From assembly GCF_009914755.1 (NCBI RefSeq), contig NC_060926.1: a stretch of 64,000 nt of DNA; one strand, 5' to 3'. The DNA is from the human T2T-CHM13v2.0 reference genome, Homo sapiens. This document shows positions 1 to 10,544 of the stretch, one piece after another; the stretch's first letter is position 1; every line of letters begins with the position of its first letter. Both the position numbers and the translations under genes were made by a program. The notes beneath the pieces were generated by a model. That model did not search any database and had not been told where the DNA came from. It was given only the letters and a program-made list of their open reading frames with translations.

Positions 1-146
1 TTGTAAAAAGAGCAAAAGGACAAATGAAGAGAAAAAAACAAATTATTTGCATCTGTAAAAATAATTTTGTTTTCTTATGCTTTTTTTATAGCTCTTTTTA
101 ATAGATACCTGAAGGCTCCAGGCCATAAAGTTCAAGTCTTAATATG

Positions 147-757
147 TGCCAAGTGCGGCAGCTCACACCTGTAATCCCAGCACTCTGGGAGGCAGGAGGG
201 TTGCTTGAAGCCAAGTGTTCAAAACTAGCCTGGGCAATAAAGCAAGACCTTGTCTCTACAAAAAAAGAAAAGAAAAGAAAAAAGCTGGGTGCGGTGTCAC
301 ATGCCTGTAATCCCAGGACTTTTGAGAGGCTGAGGCTGGCAGATCACTTCTGCTCAGGAGTCTGAGACCAGCCTGGGCAACATGGTGAAACCCTGTCTTT
401 ACAAAAAATACAAAAATTAGATGGGCTTGGTGGTAGGCGCCTGTGTCCCAGCTACTCAGGAGGCTGAGGTGGGAGAATCGCTTGAGCCCGGGAAGTAGAG
501 GCTACAGTAAGCCAAGATCACACCACTGCACGCCAGCCTGGGCCACAGAGTGAGACCTTCTCTCTAAATAAATAAATAAATAAATAAATATTAGTTGGGT
601 ATGGTGGCATGTGCCTATAGTCCCAGCTACTCAGGAGGCTAAGGCAGGAGATTGCTTAAGCCCAGGAATTCCAGGTTGCAGGGAGCTATGATGTGCCACT
701 GCACTCCAGCCTCAGTAACGGAATGAGTCCCTGTCTCTTAAAAAAAGGAAAAAAGAA
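147..757 (+). mobile_element. Nested Alus: full Alu (283-589, TAAA tail) inserted in the linker of an older AluJ-like element (147-282 + 590-757)
   Basis: Left monomer, complete dimer, then orphan right monomer. Confidence 0.85.
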
Positions 758-1806
758 ATATCTTAATATGCATGCTTAAGATCAATGGGAAATGCAAATC
801 AAAACAAAAATGAAATTAGATATATAACAATCTGATTTACAGGATATTTTACAGAAATATATCAATGATGTGAGTTTATTATGTTTAAAATATTAATTCC
901 ATTGAATTTTAGATTTTGAGAGCTTCTAAAAATTTGAAGGAAAAAAAAAGTAGTTCCAAAATAAATATGCCTCTGTCAGGTCAAACTGCTGGTCCAAGGA
1001 AATAATAAAAATAAATTAACAAAACAAAACAAACATGCCTGAAATTTTAAATTTTAAAATAAAGTATATGTATAAATCCCTTCAGCATAGCAGACAAGAT
1101 TCAAGTTAGCTACATTTTGTGTATATTGGAATTCCTGTACACTGTCATCATAAGGCTATGATGTCTTTTATTTCCAGAGGTAAAGGGGCAATAATTTAAA
1201 AAATAAAGACTTTCAGTCTAAAATTTTCAGGTTATTTACTTCAAGTTTACATATAATTCCTCCAACAGAATACAGATTTTTATTAGCTAATTCATAAAAT
1301 CTTCATCATCACTTAAGAACAGTAATTTGGTCTGCTATCAAAACCAAAAATATACTAAGTTATTTAATAAATTTTAAAAAACAACAATGCTGTTCAGAAG
1401 GAGTCAAAAGAAGGACTCAAAAAAAAATATTTCAGGTAGTCGTGAAACAAACAGGAATTAGAGTCAAGGTATCCCATCATCTGCTATGGTTATTACTGCT
1501 TAACAGTAAATAATGGTATTAGTATCTTACTGTTCCTAAAGCTAAAGTACTTCTCTAGAAAGTATTTTAAATCCGTATATATTATTCTTAAATATTCTCA
1601 TTAATCAAACAAAATTATGATGACGGAAATTCCTACTAGAATAGGGATTATTCTTATAGTCAGTATTTATATGATGACACATTGCATTTTGTACATTTAA
1701 AGATAGGGAAAAAATATATTATTTCAACATGTTAAGTCTTGAATTACTAATCTGAAATTAAAGAAAAAGCCTTAGAGCATTAAAATCCCACACCTGAAAG
1801 ACTTAC

Positions 1807-1883
1807 CATTTTATCTAGATGTTCAATGGATCTATAAATCTCCCCCTGGGATTCATCATAGTAACTGTAACGGAACCTTTGAC
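1807..1883 (-). CDS. MEMO1: MEMO1 coding exon (77 nt; [26 protein letters not shown])
   Basis: Translation matches MEMO1. AAG acceptor, donor GTAAGT 1801-1806. Phase 1/0. Confidence 0.97.
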
Positions 1884-3494
1884 CTTGAAACAAATATCAT
1901 GTACAAAATAAAATAGGGAAAAATTAGAAGCTAAAAAGAAAGCAAGCGCTTACCAAATAATTTCAGTTCTCATGAAAGGCAAAGCACAGCTTAAGCCTCT
2001 GAGAGAATCATTCCCAAGAGCCCTTGTACATAAAAATAAAAGGCACATTTGGGAAGGTAATAAAGAAATGATATCACCAATGTTTTATGATGTTAAGAAC
2101 TGTTTCAAATTGTAGAAACCTTAAAATCACCAGAAATACAAGATTAAGGAAACAAAATAGCTTAAAAGTTAGAAGCATTGTTAAACATTTTATCAGTCTA
2201 TATTGGAAAGTAAACCCAAAGAATATTACTTAAGAATATTTGGTTTAAGAAAACTATCTTGGTATAACAAATCACTAAAAGCCTTAGCTTTTGCTGTACA
2301 AAGTTTTGATCTCTATTACGGGGGAAAAAAAAAAAAACCATGAGGTCGCAAATACTGTGACTTGTGTGACTTTTATGAAGTAAATTTTTTAAAAATTATC
2401 TCATTTTTGCACAACTTGGAAAAGGATCAATACAAGTGCCTTATGCAACGTGAACAGAATACACAAAAGGGTAAATATAATATAAATATAATAAATATTC
2501 CTACCCTGACATAAAATCTCAATAAGATTATAAGCATAGAACATTCAATGTTTTGGCTATTCTCCAAAGAATAGAGAAGGTAAAATGAAAGAAGCTTAAA
2601 GAGAAAACAGAAAACAAAAGTCTCAGAAAATAAATTCTGTTTCCTACTAGTTACATGAAAATCAAGTTAAAAATTTTCTTAACTAATTATGGGGAGTATT
2701 ACTCAACTGACTGCAACGTATTTCAGATACACCTAAATCTTTTAGCAGTGCCTTTTTTCTAAGAACTCATTACTTTTGTATTTCCTTAAAGATTGACCAA
2801 AATGCATTTCTAAAGGAATTAGACCATACAAATCATGTACACACATCATGTGTCTTGTGCTTCACGTTCAGAGCAATGTTGATATATCCAGTTACCACCC
2901 TCACACCTGAAGACATGGAACTCTTCGGCTAGATAATTAAGATTTTTAAGTTTTCTGTTCATCTTACTAAAAAAATTATGTAAATGATGGGCAGTGCAAA
3001 ATTATAAAACCCTCTTTGATGTCCTTTTCTGAAAAACCACACATCATAGAACTGAAACACTTCATTCATTTGTTGATACTGATCACCTTTGATGGTCACC
3101 TTTCTAAAATATGTCATATTTCCTTAATGTTCACATTTTAACTTTTCGTATACAGTAACATAATTACTCAATGTAGCAGTCCTTATTCTCTCCCAAGAGC
3201 CATTATTCACTCAATATTGCATCTTATAACTTAACTGATGATATCCTAGAATTGGGCAACAGGGACTGAAACAATATCTGCTTCCTGAATAAAACAATAA
3301 AGATTACTGCATGTTACCTTAGCTATGAGATCAACTATAGTCTTTGAACTAAAAATTCTTAAAACAATGATAATTTATTGTTCAATGCCTCTATATTGAT
3401 AATTCATTAAACATTTCTTTTAAAATTTAGAGTAAGGTATAGCTTTATTTTTCTGTAAAGAATGTATATATTAATACTTCATACATAACAATGA

Positions 3495-3829
<335 letters not shown>

Positions 3830-5197
3830 TGACACTATTTTTCTCATTGCCAGGTGGCTGTGAGAAGGCTGCTCAGTGCCAAATCTAAAGTGCAGTTATA
3901 ATAATTTATCGATTCAATTCATTTGATACTAAATTTTTACTTCTATTTCAAAGTTATTTTGACAAAGCTGTCCAAAATCTTTCTGAAACAAATGAACACC
4001 TTAGACAAGAATATTCTGACTCACTCTCACTATAAGAACAATATTCTTGGAGGAAATCAAGGTAGTATACACCTCAATTCTTTGAACCTGAACTGCTTTA
4101 GGTTTACACTAATACATTCTCTTTTCCCTGCTTCTGGAAATAGCTGTTAGTTTTGGCTACTATCAGTAAGCCCTGAAACTGGGACATAATCTACTGCTAC
4201 TCCCAGGTTCAGAGAAAAACGCATATACTTCATGATAGTCGTTTGCTACTCAAAAGTCTTTTCTGCTTAATTCCAAGTAAAGAGTTGCTGTTCCAAATGG
4301 CTGAAGTTGGTCAACCCAGACTTAACAGTAAGTGAAAAGTCTATACTTTAAATTGCTATCTTGTTCATATGGACCATTTTCTATGTAACTTTCACTTTTT
4401 AAAAACTGCTTCTGAAGGAAAAAAAGAGGAAATGTTTGAAATACTTTAAAATACTGGATCGGCATGGGATTTAATGAGAATGCAAAAATGCACAGAGAGC
4501 CAATGGCAGTAAATGCCATCTACTTTTTGTTACTCTTTAGTAGCCACCTCATATTTAGTAACTGAAAAACTGACTATAAATATTTGAAGGACTCTAAAGA
4601 ATGTTTCGATTAAGTAGCTAAATCCACACTACATATAGCTACTACACTGAATAAATATTTTAGTTGCAACAGCTCAAATCGTCTCATGGTAATTTTTAAA
4701 AATTATACAAATATTTAAAAATCACTTGAGCAATGTATTCTGGTCAATATACATACAGAAGGCATCTAATTTGAAGTAAATAGTTGTCATCATCATAGCC
4801 TATATGTATGTGTGTATTTACGTATGTCTGCATACACACACACAACTTTAGTCAATCATCATTTAGAAACTGAGTTTAAAATACCACTTTTTGGTTTTTA
4901 TTATTTTAAAAGTGTCTCAAAATTTTATTTAATAATAAAGAAAATTATAGCACAAGTACAATAAACTGATCATAAATACACCTTTAACTAAAAATGTATT
5001 ATTGACTTAAAATAAATTATATGTATCTCAAGAGCAAATATATTTTATTTTTATAAGTTTTTGTGTTTCTGACATTCAGTAAAGGTTATGAATCTAAACT
5101 ATAAACAAATACAATTGCCCATGTACCTGGAGAACTGGACTTTTGTACTTTTTAAGTATGAATAAAGCGTATCACATAGTAAGAGAAAATTACTTAC

Positions 5198-5497
5198 CTG
5201 AAACTTATCCTTTCAGAAGGTACACTGGGAAAATGGATTCTTTGAGCCCCTGTTTCAACTCCAAGTATGAGCTTTCTAGCTTTAAGAGCCATTGACACTG
5301 CCCCTAGGGGCAGCACAAGCTTTGGAACTCCCCTAGTGAGTATGTCAGTAGTTTCTTCAGGTGCCTTCCCTCAGTTCTTTTCAAATTCAAAAGATGAGAG
5401 GAAAAATAACCCAAGAAAAAAATCCTGTAAAGCAGAAACCTTACTCTTTGAGGGAAGGAGGGTAGCTCATTTGTGAATCCATTCCAGAGCACGCTTT
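5198..5497 (-). other. Predicted 300-nt cryptic/poison cassette exon of MEMO1
   Basis: Minus strand: cTTAC branch-like motif, tttctttttctCAG acceptor, CAG|GTAAGT donor. In-frame TAG at 5304-5306 when spliced to the 10402 exon. No transcript evidence is available here. Confidence 0.55.
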
Positions 5498-6589
5498 CTG
5501 AGAAAAAGAAATACAGGTAAGTAATTTTCCCATCTCCAAAGGTGACTGGTGATTAATGAGTGGATTCACAGAGTGTGGAGAATAAGCTCCAGGGATGTCT
5601 GTTTAACACACAACAATCAACTAATGAGGACAAACATAACAATGAATGGTACAAGAACCAATGCTACTTTTTAAGTACCTTAAAACAAAAGGTAAAAGAA
5701 CAGTAAATACCTCAACATTAAGCTATGCACTGAACTGCAAAAATAAATAATGACCTTGGAAAGTTGATCTATAAAGCCCCCAAAAGATCAGTCAATAAGA
5801 TAGATTTTCAGATACATAAAATAAAAATTATACTGTCACACATTTACTTAATCACATCGTTTATATGCTAAGCCACTTTCAAATATTTAAGTTAAACCTC
5901 ACAACAACCTTGTGAGATAAATTATTAGGCCATTCTATACTAAGGACCCAACCTGGGGACATTCATAATTGAAATCACTACCAAAGAAAAAACGTATTTC
6001 ATAAAGGAAATATTATGTAAGTAGCATCAAATAAGGTAATCTCTTTTAAAAGCTAAATACGATCATCCTTTCAATCTGAAGTGCTAATGTATAAGTATTA
6101 GCCTTATCTCAAATCTGCAAAAAGTCAAAAACTAAATATGTAAAATCTGCATGTACAAATATTTGAGAAGACAAATATGATGGCTTGGTTAAGGTATATT
6201 TTAAGAATTAGCTAACTTACACTCAAACCTATTTAACTATTTAGAAAATAGCAACAGCCTTATACCCAAGAGACTGACAGAAAGGAAGAGTATGCATGAA
6301 TAATCACATTAATATACAGTAAAGAAGAAATCTGAATGTTATCAATTTCATAAATATTTAGGGGAATGCCACTTTTAATAAGTGGTATGTATTTATAAAA
6401 AGGTAGTTATGTAAACCAAAACAAATATAAATGTATGCATAAAAATTCAAAATTGCTGAAAAGACTACAGTAAACTTCTCATATTTAAAAAAATATATGT
6501 CATAAATATTCACCAAGTAAACTTATCTAAACTGATTTGTAAAACCACCATAAAAGGCAAATCAAATAAAGCATGAAGTCCACTTTTAC

Positions 6590-6710
6590 TTTTTGTTTAT
6601 TTTTTGTTAGAGATGAGGTCTCACTTGTTCTCCAGGCTAGATTCAAGTAATCCTCCTGCCTCAGCCTCCCACATAGCTAGGACTATAGGCACAAACTACC
6701 ATACCCGGTT
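6590..6710 (-). mobile_element. Degenerate Alu monomer/fragment
   Basis: gagatgaggtctcac...cctcctgcctcagcctccc. Confidence 0.75.
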
Positions 6711-9096
6711 CATAACTCCACTTTTGAAAAATATATTTTCACTAAATCCAATTTCATTTAGAAACTTCTTAGAAGTGAAAATTACGTTAATGAAAGCTGC
6801 CAACAATCTAAATTTAGAAATATAAATTTCAGGAAGGTCAGGAAAACACAAATATCAATCACATATATGAAGAAGGCCAAAACTGAAACTTGAGAAAACA
6901 GAATGAAAATTCTACTAACTGAAAAAATTAAAATAGGTCCAGACAAAATTCTCTCATACGGAGCCATCCTATAGGATATAGAACTTAATAAGCACAAAAA
7001 GTATTGGAACAATTTATTTAACCATGGTAAAGCACACAGACTAGTGGCAAATGTCTTTTCACTTAATCTACTTCCTGCTAGTAACAGAAAGGATGAAATG
7101 AGGTGAAACTATTTTAAGTGTTGCCTGAGAAATATAATCTGGCATTTCTATATGTACAAGACTGGTGATGCAATAAAAGGCAGGAACTGAAATGCAGGGT
7201 TTCTTTTTGGGGAACTCAAATGAGGGGATTGAAAGAAGGGGGATAATGGAATCTAGGTTCCTGTCTCTCCCTTGGCTTAACTCAACTAGAAAGAAAACTT
7301 GAGAGTACTTCAGTACGTCTACCTTTATTTCTCTAATGTCTCTTTTCAAGTCTAAATAAAAGCTACAAGGCATCTGAAAGATGAACATCTTTAAAGTAAA
7401 ATAAATTTAAGAAAATAAATCATGTTTATAAAGAACACTGGCTAACAAATAAGGTCAACAAGAAAAATCTTTCCAATTTACAGATAAAAATCTGGAATAT
7501 CTCTATCACCAAGGTTTTCACTTCACTTTCTGCAAAAGGTAGGCACAATATAGAGAGAACCAATGACTAGAAATGAACAGTGTAGTCACTGCCAGTAATC
7601 TAATAATCAAAACAAAGAAACTTCCACTGTGTGTAGCTGAGTAATTTTTCAAGTGTACTGCAATAATTTTTTTCCCCAAAAAATTCAGGTATTTATAGTG
7701 TGTTAAGAGGAAACTCAATGAACCATTTAAGACCTCTGCATGCATGAGGAACTGAATCCCTCCTGTGAAATTTAGAAGTCAGTGTTATGATTGCTTCTAT
7801 ATAATAAAAATCAAGCTGTATAGTATCTCTTTAAAAAGAAAGAAAAACCATTAAGTATTATCTTCATGAGAAAAAGCTGAATTTTTGAGATGATAATATG
7901 GCACACTTACTAATTTAGGAAAGATACCCATCGCCACTACAATATGAATGTGAGAAACATGAAACTTAATTCTTTAGATAGCTTAACCCATAACTGGTCA
8001 ATAATTCATAATACTTTAGTCAGCATGCAAAAGAGAAAATGTATCTCACTTTACAAGAATTACTGTGGTAGTGAAAAGACTATCAATTTTGGAATATTAT
8101 CTATGTTACACCTTTCACTTATCCCCAGAACCCCAACATATTTCTCAATAAGTAGTAGCACGGTGCTTTCCATAAGTACAAAGAAAACATTTAATGAGTA
8201 TTATTAATGATGATGATACTAAAAAATGAACACTTGAAAAGTTCTACTACTTAAACACCAAACATAAATCTAAAAAATGTTTTAGTCTCTGGATAATTCT
8301 TATAACTATTATTTATGAGTCTTTAAAATTTTTGAGCTCTTTTTTGTAACTATCACCTGGAAATCCTATCTTACAATTTAGATACCAAAATTTCCAAGAA
8401 ATCAGGAGACAAAACAACCTCAATAATTTTCTAAGAATCTAGGTAGAAGGTAAAACAAATTTATGTTTCTCTCTCAGCCACTGTAGTTACATATAGCAGT
8501 GGACTAGGCTTTGGTTACTTTAGAATTCTTTATTAATGAGGTAAAAAGGATGATTCCACAGAAAAGAGCAATATTGAAATGTTTACTGACGTTTTATGTG
8601 AATTTATGTTACAGTTGCACAGGTTGCCAACCTAGAGAGAAAGCCCAGGTTCTAAAAAATAATATCAAGGGAACTAATTATGTAAATCAAGTGATTAATA
8701 AGAGCCTTAAAAATGAAGGAGGTGTGGGACACTTGCTTCAAGAATTTTAATTTTCAAAACATACAGACATGCTTTGTTACCAACACAAATTCACAATATT
8801 AAGGAAAATATGCTGTTTTGCAGTAATGATACTTAAGTTTTCAAGGTCACTTATTACATTTCAAAATTCCACAGAAAGGCACTCCTTTTAAGCATCTACC
8901 TAGCCTTCAGATCTAAGTAGTATACTTATATCCATAAAATGTAACTTCTGCCAAAGGTAGCAAACCAGCTAACCAATAAAATCAGTAATTAAAGAACCCT
9001 GAATATTAAAAACAGATTTAAAAAAAGAAGAAGAACCCTGAGAGCTTCTCTGGGGGGTTGGAAAGGAAGTGCAACTACCTGCATATCCTAAAAATC

Positions 9097-9322
9097 TGGG
9101 TTTCCCAACCTCAGCACTGCTGACATTTTGGGCCTGGTAATTCTCTGATGTGGGAGCCATCCTGTGCCACTGCAGGATGTTTATTTAGCAGCTACCCTGG
9201 ACTCTACTCATTAGATACCATTAGTATTGCCACCCTCCAAACCATATCCCAGTTGTGGTGATCAAAACTGTCTTCAGGAATTATCAAATGCCCCTGAGAG
9301 TAAAATCACTCCAGTTGAGGCT
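9097..9322 (-). mobile_element. MER20-like hAT DNA transposon
   Basis: ttcccaacctcagcactgctgacattttggg...aaaatcactccagttgag resembles the MER20 consensus. Confidence 0.8.
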
Positions 9323-10401
9323 AAGTACCTTATGCAAAAAACTAATCTGTACCATTACAAAAGATAGTTCTCTTGAACTGAGATCTCAACTTTGAAAAGG
9401 CCATTCAGAGATAGAAGCAAGAGAAGACACCAGCCCAAGCAGGCCAGATAAATGTTGAATCAATTCTGGCAATCAGTGGGTAAGACACATAAAATGCCAT
9501 GGCTCCCTATATTTCACTAAGGATGTTCTCCTGGCTATTCTAGCGTTGTATCTTAAAAATTATGGTCTTACATTTTAGGTTTCCTTATAATCAAAGAAAT
9601 AAGTGATAAATGAACAGATATTGGCATCTTAAACCAATAAATTAATAGGTCAAAGAGATGTCCTAAAACGAACAAAACTTAGAAATATTCTGGGACAGTA
9701 ATGGATAAAGGAAAGCAAACTGCATCCAAAGACTGTAGAAGCAACGTTTACTAAAAGAGGCATCCACAAACAGCTCACTTCTCTTACAACGTACTCACTG
9801 TGACGTGTCCTTGCTCTTACAATAATCAAAAAATCACTCAAGAGTCCTTACCCTTATAAAAACATTACCAATGATGACCACAGTGCTTAATAGCCAATAT
9901 TTTATAATCTTTGGAGGGTAGCTTTAAACTGATGGCAATTGTGAGTAAAAACTAAGCACCAAAGGGGAAAAAAAAAAAAGACTAATTACAAAAAAGGAAA
10001 TGTGGAAAAGGACTGGCACAGCACACAGTGCTCTTCTATACTCTAAAGAACATTGGATTTATCCACCAAAACTAACTTCAGAGAATCTACCATACACACC
10101 TACTTGGAAATGAGGTTAAAAGATCTTAACTCCCACTAAATAAGTGTCTAAACAAGGATGCCTTCACAGTGTGAATCCAATTATACCAGTCGCCTTTGGA
10201 AATGTACCCATAATCCACTATTGTAATCTGATCCTTTTTAAAGGATCAAAAGATTTTTTATTCACTTTTAAACACTGCTGCCAGAAGTAAAACTTTCCAA
10301 GGAAAGTGATAAAAAACTGAAAATCAGAGCTTAGAATGAAAAGATACCTTTAACCAGAAGTATATAACATCTACCATGATATGTTAAAATCTAGAACTTA
10401 C

Positions 10402-10544
10402 CCCAATGGCAGAAATCAGAAGAAACCACAAAGAGATTACTAGGATCCGCTAGATATTTACTGAAGAGTTTTCCGAATTCCTGTTCTTTTGACTCACTCA
10501 GAGCTCCAACCAGTACAGGAATAATGGTAAACTCATCCTTATGG
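10402..10544 (-). CDS. MEMO1: MEMO1 coding exon (143 nt; [14 protein letters not shown]...VVSSDFCHW)
   Basis: SSDFCHW motif, visible in ORF 10391..10576. AAG acceptor after a poly-T tract, donor GTAAGT 10396-10401. Phase 2/1. Confidence 0.97.

Larger units (their letters stand above)
5185..10204 (-). mobile_element. Putative highly decayed DIRS-like element (ITR ... ICR ... ITR architecture)
   Basis: Inverted repeats 5185-5240/5475-5529 and 5531-5570/10170-10204 are arranged as in DIRS1. No recognisable RT or YR ORF remains. Confidence 0.5.

Noticed and set aside
4320-4435. Strong minus-strand acceptor (ttcctctttttttccttcag at 4412)
   Set aside because: No convincing partner donor nearby. 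GTTAAG at ~4326 is poor.
5267-5476. 69-aa plus-strand ORF inside the palindromic cassette
   Set aside because: No recognisable homology and no support for translation.
7035-7388. 106-aa minus ORF and adjacent 'TFAT' (DLFAT-like) motif as possible DIRS coding remnant
   Set aside because: Too short and degenerate to support by eye. It needs an HMM search.
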